A program made the translations under genes and the position numbers. Shown here piece after piece: positions 28,719 through 38,578 of a stretch of 64,000 bases of DNA. Source of the stretch: Methanobacteriota archaeon (GTDB lineage Archaea; Thermoplasmatota; Thermoplasmata; SG8-5; JACRNV01); the NCBI GenBank assembly GCA_016214785.1, contig JACRNV010000056.1, forward strand, positions 6,843-70,842, written 5' to 3'. The notes beneath the pieces were generated by a model. The model did not search any database and was not told where the DNA came from. It was given only the letters and a program-made list of their open reading frames with translations. Positions within the stretch are counted from its first letter, which is position 1, and every line of letters begins with the position of its first letter.

Positions 28719-28800
28719 CGGGGCGCGCCCGGGGGGGCTTCCGCAAGGCCATAGCGGGCGGCGGGCGCGTCCTTCCCGTTCAACGGGGCGGCGCCGATGA
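28719..28800. repeat. ~90-nt structured intergenic repeat, copy 2
   Basis: ggggcgcgcccgggggggcttccgcaaggccatagcgggcggcgggcgcgtccttcccgttcaacggggcggcgcc…; 5' 55 nt are ~95% identical to copies 1 and 3. Confidence 0.7.
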
Positions 28801-28812
28801 CGTATCTTGTGA

Positions 28813-29037
28813 ATGACCGGGGCGCAACCGTTTTATGCCCATGGATGGATAGGCCATGCGATGGCAGGAGACGACCTGTTCGGCAAGACCGTGACGAAGC
28901 GCTACCTCTCCGCATACGAAGACGTGGTGCGGGAGATAGAGAGATCGACAGGGAAGAGACCGGAGCCCTGCAAGGACCTGGAAGAGAGTGTGCTGGTCTC
29001 TTTGTTCAGGGGCCTGCGGGCCAAGAGAGAGAGATGA
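28813..29037 (+). CDS. Small hypothetical protein (start uncertain; possibly internal ATG 28861)
   Basis: 74-aa ORF ending in TGA that overlaps the next ATG (ATGA at 29034-29037). Weak support. Confidence 0.3.
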   Translation: MTGAQPFYAHGWIGHAMAGDDLFGKTVTKRYLSAYEDVVREIERSTGKRPEPCKDLEESVLVSLFRGLRAKRER

Positions 29038-29408
29038 ACGGTTTCGACTTCATCGCGGAGATGCTATCTTCCCTGATAGTCGACCAAGCGCTCCCAAACG
29101 CCAACCACAGGACTGCGCTGTACTTCATCGGCACGATGCTGAAGCAGCGCGGCCTTGATATCGATGCCGTGCGCCACGCCCATGCGATCCGCGAATATTT
29201 CAGGGACTCGAAGCACACGCTGGAAAAGGCAAGGAAGGACTACAAGTCCCAGCATCTCGAATTGACCAGAAGATTCTTGGCTGAAGTTCTAGGCAGCGCT
29301 CAATCTGGAAGGCTCGGGAGGATCTTGGCGTACTCCCTCATGAACTCCTTCGCGGCCTCCTCGAAGGACATCTCTTTCTTGACAGGCCCTGCCATGGAAG
29401 ATGAATAG
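29034..29408 (+). CDS. Hypothetical protein (124 aa)
   Basis: ATG 29034 overlaps the upstream stop. Codon third-position GC bias is consistent with coding. No recognisable family. Confidence 0.4.
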   Translation: MNGFDFIAEMLSSLIVDQALPNANHRTALYFIGTMLKQRGLDIDAVRHAHAIREYFRDSKHTLEKARKDYKSQHLELTRRFLAEVLGSAQSGRLGRILAYSLMNSFAASSKDISFLTGPAMEDE

Positions 29409-29440
29409 GCTATGGCGAGTATAAATAGTTGGCGCCGCTG

Positions 29441-29527
29441 GGGAGCGCGCCCGGGGGGCTCCCGCAAGGCCACAGCGGGCGGCGGGCGCGTCCTTCGTCT
29501 TCCACGGGGCGGCACTGATAACTTATA
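29441..29527. repeat. ~90-nt structured intergenic repeat, copy 3 (preceded by tataaatag TATA-like box)
   Basis: ggggagcgcgcccggggggctcccgcaaggccacagcgggcggcgggcgcgtccttcgtcttccacggggcggcactgataacttat. Confidence 0.7.
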
Positions 29528-29595
29528 CGCCGAAAGGAGAGCTGAAGAGGGCGCTCGGCAGGTAGCTCCTGAAATGGGTCAATCCGAGGGCGCGT

Positions 29596-31383
29596 TCACC
29601 TCAGCATCCTCACCATGTCCTTGTACTTGGTTACTTCCGCGCCCTTGTCCAGCTTTTTAACGACCCTGGCGCCCTTCCACGAGAAGATCCCGTCCTCGGA
29701 CAGGACGACCTCCTCGAACCTGACCTCTATGACGTCCCCCTTCTCGGCGACGATGTCCGTGTATGCCGTCGCGCCGATCTTCTCCCCGTTTGCATCCTCG
29801 CACGTGTAGAGGCGCGCCCTCTCGCCGTTCGGGCGCTCTATCTCCTTCACCTTGGTTACGCGCACGCGCACCCTGTTCCTGCGCCGGAAGACGGCGAGGA
29901 CGATGACGAAGAGGACGACGATGCCGGCCACGAAGGGGAGGATTGTCATCGGGTCGAATGTCAATGTAATGGGGCCCGCGCCCCCTCCCTGCGCGGACGG
30001 CGGCGGGGCGGGGTTCACAATGGCCTGCAGCGAGGCGTAGTTGTTGTCCTCGTTCGGCTCAGCCAGCGCATTCGAGCTGTCCGCAACCACCGAGAGGGTG
30101 TATCCCCCCTGGTCGGGCCTCCATACGAAGTCGACGTTCGTGTGGTTCCCTGCGCCAAGGGACGGTATGGAATTGTTCCTGTATGCCTCTCCGTTGATGC
30201 TCAGCGAGACGAAGAAGCCGCCTGCCGGGCCGCGCCCGACGTTATGGACCGTTGCCCTGACGGTTATCGTGACGTTGGCGGTCAGGTTGGCCGGGTTCGG
30301 GGCGAGGACGTAAATCTCGCTCGGCCTGACCTCCAGGTCGGGGGCCATGTTCGAGAAGACTGTGAAGGACTTCGCCGCCGATGCGTTTGAGTACTGGCCG
30401 TTGGTCGATGTGGCCCAGTACGTGACTATGTCCCCCTGCCCGTAGCTTGCGTTGTCGAGGAAGTGCGAGAAGCGGCCGTTGGCCTGGTCGTACGCCATCG
30501 CGAACGACTGCGCCGCCCCGCCCGAGACGCTGTAGTGTATGTCGCACTGCGCGCCCGCCGCCGTCTGGACTGTGGCGTAGAGCATCGCGTCGTCGTCGGC
30601 GTATACTACCGTTGGCTCGTGCCAGACGTCCACGATGTCCGCGGGCGTCGGGAGGCGGAACGATGAATGTTTCAGGTCCACGGGGGCGCCCGCCGCGTCC
30701 GTGAGGTTGAAGGCGACTGTGTAAGTCGTTCCCAGCTGGAGGGTGCCCGACCACGGGACCGCGAGCGGGAGGGACTGGCCCGCGGCCAGGGAGGTGGCGT
30801 TCGCCGCCCGCGTCTCTATCCAGGCGCCGCCCTGCGTGAGGTTGAAGGTCAGGTTGCCGTCGAAGGTGGCGTTCGCGAAGTTGGAGACTGTGGCTCTGGC
30901 GCCCGAGCCGTCGGCCGAGTACTGGCTGAGGTAGACGAGCGCGGGGACGCTGACGGCCGCGCCCAGGGCGGCGCTCACGGCGCCGGGCGCGCTCGCGCCG
31001 CCGCCCCCGCCCCCGGACGGGGGCTGGCCGGAGGCCGATATCTGGCCCGTGTACGAGCCCGGCGCCTTCGCGGGGAACGAGACGTTGAACTCCATCGTGC
31101 GCCTTTCTCCAGGCTGGAGCCTGAAGCTGGTGGCTCCCTTCCACGAGAGCCACTGGGCGATGTCGCCCGAGGCCACGACGCTGATGTCCAGGAAGCTCTG
31201 GGACGTGTTCGACAGGCCGACGACCACGCTGCCGTCGAAGACCTGCGCCGCCCACGGCTGGGCCTGGAACTTGGTGTCGCCGGCGAGGGAGACCGAATAG
31301 GAGGCGCCGGCCCCCGGCACGAGAAGTACGACGCTGGAGGCGACCAGGAGAAGGGCGAGTGCGAGCGCGGAGGCCTTCGTCAT
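29596..31383 (-). CDS. Surface glycoprotein with CARDB-like domain, single C-terminal TM and ~90-aa cytoplasmic tail domain
   Basis: Signal peptide MTKASALALALLLVASSVVLLVPGAGA. Gly-rich linker. CARDB-like …VTITVRATVHNVGRGPAGGFFVSLSINGEA…. TM ILPFVAGIVVLFVIVLAVF, then RRRNRVRVRV and a folded-looking tail. Confidence 0.7.
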   Translation of the reverse strand: MTKASALALALLLVASSVVLLVPGAGASYSVSLAGDTKFQAQPWAAQVFDGSVVVGLSNTSQSFLDISVVASGDIAQWLSWKGATSFRLQPGERRTMEFNVSFPAKAPGSYTGQISASGQPPSGGGGGGASAPGAVSAALGAAVSVPALVYLSQYSADGSGARATVSNFANATFDGNLTFNLTQGGAWIETRAANATSLAAGQSLPLAVPWSGTLQLGTTYTVAFNLTDAAGAPVDLKHSSFRLPTPADIVDVWHEPTVVYADDDAMLYATVQTAAGAQCDIHYSVSGGAAQSFAMAYDQANGRFSHFLDNASYGQGDIVTYWATSTNGQYSNASAAKSFTVFSNMAPDLEVRPSEIYVLAPNPANLTANVTITVRATVHNVGRGPAGGFFVSLSINGEAYRNNSIPSLGAGNHTNVDFVWRPDQGGYTLSVVADSSNALAEPNEDNNYASLQAIVNPAPPPSAQGGGAGPITLTFDPMTILPFVAGIVVLFVIVLAVFRRRNRVRVRVTKVKEIERPNGERARLYTCEDANGEKIGATAYTDIVAEKGDVIEVRFEEVVLSEDGIFSWKGARVVKKLDKGAEVTKYKDMVRMLR

Positions 31384-31444
31384 ATAATCAACTGCAAGAG
31401 GGATGTGAATAAAATGGTTTTGGAAAAGGTTTTGAATTGCGCGT

Positions 31445-32413
31445 CTAGACGTTCTTGGCTTGTATCCAGATGGTCACGCCGGTATAAACGACGTTCTTAG
31501 CGAGGCCCGCGGGTAGAACAAGGTTCATGTAGTGTGTTTGATTTAGCATATATCCGGTAGTGCTTGAATACCAAGTCGCGTTATTTCCAGGGCTCGCACT
31601 GGCATTTAACAACTGTGTAGCTGTGCTTTGACCGGCATTTTTTACCCAAATAGTTGGATCAACTGTTGGCACTCCCCACGCTTCGCCAGAACCGCCTAAG
31701 AAAAAGCCAGTATAACTTGCATTGAGTTGATAAGCATCGTTTGAGGTAACAACCGTATAGAATGTAGATGACACATTAGATTCTGGCGCGCCGGTCCATG
31801 CAAAGTTTGTTGTCCCTGTAGAAATCGTTGCGTACGTAATTTCTACAAAGGATGCCATGCCTAAATAGCTTATTGACGTGGTTCCGATTCCACCAGATAA
31901 ATCCTCTGAGGTCCCATTTATTATCCAAATTAGCACACCATTTGAATCGATTGCAGTCTTATTTAAAATAATATTAAATGACAAGACCTTCGTTGTGGTG
32001 CTAACATCAACTTCTGTAACACCATTTAAATAAACACCTGATGTCGGTGCGAACTGGCTTGGAATATCATTTACAGAATCATATCCAAATTTATACGAAC
32101 CACTTGGGTTGTTGGTCGCATAGCCAGATGCAGGGAATCTCAATGTAAAATTAGATTGAAAAACATCATCCGTCCCATCAGCATCATTAACACTGATATT
32201 GACGTAGAAATTTGTATTCGGAATAATAGTACTGATCAGAGTCCAACCACTATTCAACACTGTAATGTTCGCCGTCGGTGTCGCGTTTTGAACTGTCACC
32301 GATGCTGTCCCCTCGGCTCGTACCGACCCCATCGCTGCAAAGGCAAGTAACCCCACAAGGAGTATTACCCCTATTTTTCCTTTCATATAGAACCTCAGCT
32401 TATTAGAAAGCAA
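31445..32413 (-). CDS. Secreted Thr/Ser/Asn-rich protein (signal peptide), first gene of the low-GC island
   Basis: MKGKIGVILLVGLLAFAAMGSVRA signal; many N-x-S/T sequons; GC ~42%. Confidence 0.6.
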   Translation of the reverse strand: MLSNKLRFYMKGKIGVILLVGLLAFAAMGSVRAEGTASVTVQNATPTANITVLNSGWTLISTIIPNTNFYVNISVNDADGTDDVFQSNFTLRFPASGYATNNPSGSYKFGYDSVNDIPSQFAPTSGVYLNGVTEVDVSTTTKVLSFNIILNKTAIDSNGVLIWIINGTSEDLSGGIGTTSISYLGMASFVEITYATISTGTTNFAWTGAPESNVSSTFYTVVTSNDAYQLNASYTGFFLGGSGEAWGVPTVDPTIWVKNAGQSTATQLLNASASPGNNATWYSSTTGYMLNQTHYMNLVLPAGLAKNVVYTGVTIWIQAKNV

Positions 32414-32449
32414 TATCTTCTATAATAATTTATGTGATTTGAGATATTG

Positions 32450-33064
32450 TCAACTATTCGGGACTTTTTGGGCAACATATCTGATCAGGTTCAACAGTTT
32501 TCTTCTCCCTAACCGTATGTCAATCTCGGCCTTTTCCGCAGGGGTCCTCCCGTCCAATCTCATATGGGGGTTCACGAAGTTATGAATGATGGGTCGGAGG
32601 TCGAGAAATGCCTCTGCTCCTTCATCGCTGCCAAAACCCCGCATAGTTTTTGTCCGGTCATTGATGTCACCATTGTAACGCTCGATAGGATTGTTGTTGT
32701 GTTCCAGGCCGTATTTTTTGCATGCGATAGGCACACCGAATTGCAACTTCGCAACTCGAAAGAACAGTTTGTTGAATGCAGCCTTATATAGCCCGAATTT
32801 ATCACTTACGAACGTGACGCGTTTTCTTTTCTTTACTGGCTTACATTTTTCTTTGCGATAGATTTCGAGTATTTGATCGTAGCATGTTCTCTTTATCTGC
32901 ATCAGGAATTCCACGCAGTTCTCGAAGGTACGTGCTTGGACGTACAGATGCGCCAAAATGTACTTTGTTTTGGAATCTATCGCATTCAGGTCATATCTGC
33001 CTTCTTTCCCCACCTTCACGTATTTTTCGCCATAGTGGATTTGTCCCTTGATGATGGGGTTCAC
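32450..33064 (-). CDS. IS6-family transposase, DDE catalytic fragment (OrfB), +1 frame relative to OrfA
   Basis: GTG start 14 nt after the OrfA stop; alignable to IS26 transposase residues ~70-230, including the C-terminal …RGFGSDEGAEAFLDLRPIIHNF…. The frame break sits at the T6A4 homopolymer (33081-33090). Confidence 0.7.
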   Translation of the reverse strand: MNPIIKGQIHYGEKYVKVGKEGRYDLNAIDSKTKYILAHLYVQARTFENCVEFLMQIKRTCYDQILEIYRKEKCKPVKKRKRVTFVSDKFGLYKAAFNKLFFRVAKLQFGVPIACKKYGLEHNNNPIERYNGDINDRTKTMRGFGSDEGAEAFLDLRPIIHNFVNPHMRLDGRTPAEKAEIDIRLGRRKLLNLIRYVAQKVPNS

Positions 33065-33077
33065 ATTGGCCGAGAGC

Positions 33078-33377
33078 CTATTTTAAAAAATCGGAGTACT
33101 TCCGAACCCATTTTGCAATCGCCCACCGAGAAACCCGAACTCCATCGTGTTGCCACAGGTGATTCTTCACCTTTGATAAAGAGAGGCCATCGTTGTGCAT
33201 GTGTATGGCCCGCACAATGATGGCTGGCTTATTTCTCATGCGCTCAAACCCGTCAGATTTGATAAAGCGTCTCTGGCACCTTTTGCACATGCATCTTTGT
33301 TTCGAGCCAGACGTGTTCTTTCTCCTTCCTCGCTTTATCACCTCTTTCGATCCGCAGTATGGGCATGCCAAACGCAT
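33078..33377 (-). CDS. IS6-family transposase, N-terminal zinc-finger/HTH fragment (OrfA)
   Basis: CPYCGS…C…CKRC zinc finger plus HTH resembling the IS26 transposase N-terminus. Ends in TTTTTTAAAATAG. Confidence 0.7.
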   Translation of the reverse strand: MRLACPYCGSKEVIKRGRRKNTSGSKQRCMCKRCQRRFIKSDGFERMRNKPAIIVRAIHMHNDGLSLSKVKNHLWQHDGVRVSRWAIAKWVRKYSDFLK

Positions 33378-33484
33378 TTTATCGCCACGGGTGCATTATC
33401 GCAAGAGGTATTTATAAGTCCCGTTAAGTGGACAATATTCACATACACCAAAATATTTATCTTAATATGCTGTCTGGTTTTTAG

Positions 33485-35002
33485 ATGCCTGGCATAAAAC
33501 GAAAGCTTGTTCGTAATACAATCGCAAATGCAATAATGAAATTTTGGGGTTATATTATTGGATTTTTGATGTTCCCTTTCATAGTCGGATATGTGGGTGT
33601 AGAGGATTACGGATTATACCTTCTAGTGGGTGCTTTCGTAGGCTATTTTGGGTTGCTTGACTTTGGCGTCAGCGGAGCACTAGTGAAATATGTCGCAGAA
33701 TATAACGCGAAAAATGAAAAAGAAACCATTAATAAAGTAATCAATTCAACTTTTGTTTTTTATACAATAATTGGTGTAGTAATTTGTGCCTTCGTATTAT
33801 TACTTGGAACTTATTATGTAGATTTTTTTAAGATCGAGAGTGGAGACCTCTGGAAAGCAAGACTGATTGCTTATCTAATGGCAATAGGAGCATTGACTAG
33901 TTGGCCAATGAGAAGCTTTAGTACTTCTTTAGATGGCTTGCAACGATATGATCTGAGCGCCATTATCAATTTTATAACGGTAAACATTAACGCCATTGTT
34001 ACTGTAACGCTACTTCTACGTGGTTTCGGAATCGTAGAAATTATTTTTTCAGGGATTGTAATTGGGGCTCTCAGCCAAATAATAATAGTTCTAATAATGA
34101 AAAAGCTATTACCTTACGTTGAGTTGAAAAAGTCGTATATTGAATTTAGTACCCTAAAAAAGGTTTTTACATTTAGTAGTGTTTTATTTATCTCACAGCT
34201 CATCGGAATTCTAATGTTTGGGTTTGATCGTCTTTTATTAGGCATATTCGTATCTGTAGCTGCGATTACTTATTACGCTGTAGCTAGGAAGTTATTTGAT
34301 ATCGTCGCTACTGTAACGTATATTCCTCAGAGCGCGTTACTTCCTGCGGCTACAGAGCTTGAAGCTTTGAATAAAAAAGAGTCGTCAACAAAATTGTTGA
34401 TTAAAACCAGTAAATATTATAGTGCTGTCTGTCTTTCTACGACTGTATTGATTTTTTTTCTAGCCGAGCCAATTATTCTTTTTTGGATGGGAAGTGAATT
34501 TATTGGCATGGCCATTATGACTCAGGTCTTTATATCCTATGGTTTTTTTACCTCGTTTGGAGGTGTTGCAAATAGCTTTCTGTTAGTTAAAGAAAAGTAC
34601 AAGGTGATTCTTTTAATCCTTTTAATTATTTCCATCGCAAACCTTATTCTAAGCATTATCTTAGTTCAATACATAGGAATTATGGGTGTTGTCCTTGGAA
34701 CAACAATTCCAAATATCGTTACAGCACCTATTTTGATACCATATATGCTTAAGCAGCTTGATATAGATATTAAAAGATACCTAAAGAGTATTGTCCCGCA
34801 AACGTACATCCCTGCATTAATCATGTCTGTTTCCATTTATCTCATAATGAATTTTATTACTATTTCATCGATAGTGATTTTAGGTTCAGTTGCGATAATT
34901 AGCTTACTAATCTATTACCTAATATTTTACTTTATAGGACTTGACAAAGAAGAAAAAAATGATTTATTTCGGTTAATAACCTTTAAAAAGAATGTTGTTT
35001 AA
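33485..35002 (+). CDS. Wzx-like polysaccharide/oligosaccharide flippase (MOP superfamily, Polysacc_synt)
   Basis: 505 aa, ~14 TM helices, typical N-terminal …NTIANAIMKFWGYIIGFLMFPFIVGYVG…YGLY… motif region. GC ~33%. Confidence 0.85.
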   Translation: MPGIKRKLVRNTIANAIMKFWGYIIGFLMFPFIVGYVGVEDYGLYLLVGAFVGYFGLLDFGVSGALVKYVAEYNAKNEKETINKVINSTFVFYTIIGVVICAFVLLLGTYYVDFFKIESGDLWKARLIAYLMAIGALTSWPMRSFSTSLDGLQRYDLSAIINFITVNINAIVTVTLLLRGFGIVEIIFSGIVIGALSQIIIVLIMKKLLPYVELKKSYIEFSTLKKVFTFSSVLFISQLIGILMFGFDRLLLGIFVSVAAITYYAVARKLFDIVATVTYIPQSALLPAATELEALNKKESSTKLLIKTSKYYSAVCLSTTVLIFFLAEPIILFWMGSEFIGMAIMTQVFISYGFFTSFGGVANSFLLVKEKYKVILLILLIISIANLILSIILVQYIGIMGVVLGTTIPNIVTAPILIPYMLKQLDIDIKRYLKSIVPQTYIPALIMSVSIYLIMNFITISSIVILGSVAIISLLIYYLIFYFIGLDKEEKNDLFRLITFKKNVV

Positions 35003-35014
35003 TATTTTTTTAGG

Positions 35015-36226
35015 TTAAGAGTATTTTCGTATTAACTCATTATATTTTACGGTGAAATCCTCCATATTTTTATACCAATTACCTATTTCAAGTGCGCGTT
35101 CACGACATCTCATTCCAAACAACAGTCTTTCATCTTTTTTATTAAGAAGGAATGTAATTTTTTCTGCAAGATCATTAGGATCAGAAGGCCGAAAGGTATA
35201 ACCATTATACTTATTTTCGACTGCAAGTAATAAGGCACCTGGTCTATTCGCGGCCACTATGGAAACACCGCAACTCATTGCCTCAAGCAATGATACGCCG
35301 ATCCCTCCACCGCCTACTTGAATCGGCATAGGATCCACATAGATATCTGAGCTAGCGAAATATTTTGGTATATCTTGATGCGCAAGGTGTCCAATAAAAA
35401 TAACTCGATTTTTCATACCTAGCGATTCGCTCAATCTGATTAAATTATCCTTTTCAGGGCCATCTCCTATAATTAATAATGTAATATAATCATGTTTTGA
35501 AATTATTTTAGCAAAAGCCTTGAGTAATGTCTCAGTGTCATAGGCCTTCTTTAATGCATTCGCTGAAGTTATTATTATTCGATTAGGATTTTTACAAATC
35601 TCCATTCGTAATTCTTCGGAACATTGGGAAGGGTTAAAAAAATCCGTTTCAACACCCCAAATCTGTATGAATATTTTACTTGTTGGACAACCAAGTTCGA
35701 TAAGTCGGTCGCGTCCGGGGATGTCTCCAGTATGTACTAAATCTGCTTTTTTAAACATCTCAATATATTCTTTGTGTTGTTTTGAACCGATAATAGTTGA
35801 GGCTATATCCCCGCCCCATGCACTCAATATTAGTGGATGACGATTCACTTTACATGCCCAATATCCGAATTTACGTAAATAATGACCATGTACAATATCT
35901 GGTTTTATCCTATGTACTAAATATGTAATTTTAACAAATGTGAATAATATATCAAGAGCCGTTATAATTTTCCGAAATAACTTTTTTCTACATTTTTCCC
36001 AATAAAAATTTAATGTGTGTATATCGTGAAGAATGATATTATTGGGATACACGTATGCACCTGGAAAAACACTTTTAGTAATAACTGGGGATTTGAAACC
36101 TGTTGTAAAAAAAAATAGATGAATTATATGTCCCTTACTAGCAAAATAGTCGCACCACCGTTGAGTGTGAATACTATAGATATCACTAAAGATGCATAAT
36201 GTGAGCCGCACGGGCTTTTTATCCAT
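35015..36226 (-). CDS. GT4-family glycosyltransferase
   Basis: C-terminal E..S.G..EAMSCGVSIVA…NGYTF motif set. Start trimmed to MDKKPVRLTLC. Confidence 0.8.
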   Translation of the reverse strand: MDKKPVRLTLCIFSDIYSIHTQRWCDYFASKGHIIHLFFFTTGFKSPVITKSVFPGAYVYPNNIILHDIHTLNFYWEKCRKKLFRKIITALDILFTFVKITYLVHRIKPDIVHGHYLRKFGYWACKVNRHPLILSAWGGDIASTIIGSKQHKEYIEMFKKADLVHTGDIPGRDRLIELGCPTSKIFIQIWGVETDFFNPSQCSEELRMEICKNPNRIIITSANALKKAYDTETLLKAFAKIISKHDYITLLIIGDGPEKDNLIRLSESLGMKNRVIFIGHLAHQDIPKYFASSDIYVDPMPIQVGGGGIGVSLLEAMSCGVSIVAANRPGALLLAVENKYNGYTFRPSDPNDLAEKITFLLNKKDERLLFGMRCRERALEIGNWYKNMEDFTVKYNELIRKYS

Positions 36227-36354
36227 CTCTGATTTTGAATCGTTGTTTTTTATGATCATATAGCAACTAGAAAACGTTATAAAGTGGGGATTAATAGACT
36301 TTGCCATAGGTTTAATATATGGACATCCTCTCATTTCAATCATCGGACAAGAAA

Positions 36355-37398
36355 ATGACTGGTGGTCATAGACCATACAATATAGATAAAGCGCTGGAAT
36401 CGCTTGGCGATAAAGTTACGAGGGTTGTGAATTGGCGCGATTGGGGAATAGACCGTAAGTTGGTGAAGAGACTTACACCAACTCAAATTAATAATAGGTT
36501 AAAACTAAAAAAGTTTCTTGATTTACAAATAAAAAATAAAATCATCCTTTTCCATGGAATCCAAAATGAAAAACTATTGGGCAAGTTTTCCAACTACAGA
36601 TTTCCAATAGTTCTTGATTATAGAGATGACCCCATTCTTCAAGCAGAAATGAATGGCATTCCGATTAATGTAGATAAGGCTAAAAAATTAATTGAATACA
36701 ATTTCAAATCATCTGACATAATCCTCTTTCCTTCAAAGACTCTTATGGATTATTACAGCGAATATAAAGAAAAAGCAATCGTCGTTATGAACGCTTCTGA
36801 CCCTAGTCATTTTAAGTATTCGAAAAATCCACTGAATGATAAAGCAATTTGTCTCTATCCACCAATGCCATGCTTTTTTTATCCGGACGTGCTGGATGCT
36901 AGTACCCTAGTTAGAAACCATATAAAGAATTTCGAAATATCTATCATGAACCTCCAAGCAAAGTATCGAAAATTTTATGGTGATTTTGATAAGACAATAC
37001 ACGTAAAGTATGAGCATCCTTGGATATCGTCCTTCAACTCGATGCCATATAGCGAAATAGGTAAGTTCATTAGTCAATTCACCATTGGTATTATCGCATA
37101 TAAGAAATTCACCTACGCGAACCTGGGTACACCTTTAAAACTCTTTGATTTAATGGCATGTGGACGACCAATCGTCGCCATGCGATGCAAAGAAATTGAA
37201 AAAATCGTTAGCGATGCAAACTGCGGGTTACTTTGTGATTTTACTAAAGAAGATTTAGCAGAAAAAATGATAAATTTACTAGAAAATTCTGATCTGATAA
37301 TAAAAATGGGAGAAAACGGAAGGAGAGCCGTCGAAAAGAAGCATAGCTGGATTCATCGCGCAAAAGTAATTCAAGATGAGATATTGAAATTAACTTGA
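36355..37398 (+). CDS. Glycosyltransferase (GT1/GT4-like C-terminal domain)
   Basis: …KLFDLMACGRPIVA…CGLLCD… C-terminal domain; low GC. Start uncertain (36319/36355). Confidence 0.6.
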   Translation: MTGGHRPYNIDKALESLGDKVTRVVNWRDWGIDRKLVKRLTPTQINNRLKLKKFLDLQIKNKIILFHGIQNEKLLGKFSNYRFPIVLDYRDDPILQAEMNGIPINVDKAKKLIEYNFKSSDIILFPSKTLMDYYSEYKEKAIVVMNASDPSHFKYSKNPLNDKAICLYPPMPCFFYPDVLDASTLVRNHIKNFEISIMNLQAKYRKFYGDFDKTIHVKYEHPWISSFNSMPYSEIGKFISQFTIGIIAYKKFTYANLGTPLKLFDLMACGRPIVAMRCKEIEKIVSDANCGLLCDFTKEDLAEKMINLLENSDLIIKMGENGRRAVEKKHSWIHRAKVIQDEILKLT

Positions 37399-38466
37399 TA
37401 AAATCAATTCATTATATATATCAGAAACTTTTTTCAATACCACTGTACTGTTATACTCGGCATCTATCACTGCACGGGCAGTCTTACTCATTTCAATAAG
37501 CTGATCCTTTGAGACATGTATCTCATCTAGTACTTTTAAGAGATCTTGAATATCGTCTTGTATCAAGAAACCAGTTTTTCTGTCTATCACGGGGTATCTA
37601 TCACCTTTTTCAATCATCATCACAGGACGGCCACATGACATTGCCTCAAGTGTGGCTCGAGATATACCTTCAATCGAAACAGGATTAAAGAGTATATCAA
37701 ACGATTTATACATCTCTGGCATTTTATTATTTGGAACATTTTGTATAAATTTGACTTGATTGATCTTATTATGAGCCCTAAATTTATTTATTGCAATTTG
37801 ATTCCCTGCACCCACAACCGTTAATTCAACATATTGTGGAAGGTTTTCAATAAATTGAGATAGAAGAGGCAATCCCCTAGATAATTCAAGCCTGCCAACA
37901 AACCCAATTTTTAATCTATCGTTCGTTATAAGCTGGGAAAATGAAAAAAGGTCAGTATCCACAGCATTGGGAACAAACCAAACTTTGTTACCCGCATTTT
38001 GATTTAATTTAAGAATGTAATTGTAGATGTTTTTATCAACACAAATAATGTTATCGAACTGGGAGATTACATTGTTTTCATACCATTTGATTATCATATC
38101 AATTTTAGGCATATTATGTAGAGTGCTTAATCCATGTACGGTAGCAATCTTTGGTTTTTTAATGTTAGTAAAATTTATTAATTTAGTAAAAAATGGCCTT
38201 TTTAACCACCTATCAAATCGTAATAAATTTTGTTCTAGAAGGTGGAAATGAACGTGGAGAAGGTCGTAATCGATATTCTCTAATTTACTTATTTTCCTTT
38301 TGTATCTGATTAAATCGCCAATTAACCTAAATGGAAAACTTACTTTACTAATTGTATGATTTTGATAGGGTATAGATGAGCGATCGTTTGGACCAATCCG
38401 ATAAATTGTATTATGCGGCGATATTATTGTATGTTGTTTAGGTGTATTAGGAAGCGCGTTTGTCAC
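37390..38466 (-). CDS. GT4-family glycosyltransferase
   Basis: …ISRATLEAMSCGRPVMM…; N-terminal GT-B Rossmann half. Confidence 0.85.
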   Translation of the reverse strand: MTNALPNTPKQHTIISPHNTIYRIGPNDRSSIPYQNHTISKVSFPFRLIGDLIRYKRKISKLENIDYDLLHVHFHLLEQNLLRFDRWLKRPFFTKLINFTNIKKPKIATVHGLSTLHNMPKIDMIIKWYENNVISQFDNIICVDKNIYNYILKLNQNAGNKVWFVPNAVDTDLFSFSQLITNDRLKIGFVGRLELSRGLPLLSQFIENLPQYVELTVVGAGNQIAINKFRAHNKINQVKFIQNVPNNKMPEMYKSFDILFNPVSIEGISRATLEAMSCGRPVMMIEKGDRYPVIDRKTGFLIQDDIQDLLKVLDEIHVSKDQLIEMSKTARAVIDAEYNSTVVLKKVSDIYNELILSS

Positions 38467-38578
38467 CAGAGAAAAATTATATTGACCGGAGAGACCGGCT
38501 ATTATATTCTCAATGTGCGTTTCAACGCCACCGATTAGTGGTTTAAATTTATCATAGTATAAACAAACCCGTTTAATT

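Larger units (their letters stand above)
32443..33440 (-). mobile_element. IS6-family insertion sequence (~1 kb) with imperfect ~24-bp terminal inverted repeats; transposase split over two ORFs
   Basis: Left end gatattgtcaactattcgggactt (32442-) versus reverse complement of the right end gaatattgtccacttaacgggactt (-33440). Internal ORFs match IS6/IS26 transposase: an HTH N-terminal part and a DDE core (…GEKYVKVGKEGRYDLNAID… like DETYVKVNGRWAYLYRAVD). Confidence 0.65.
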
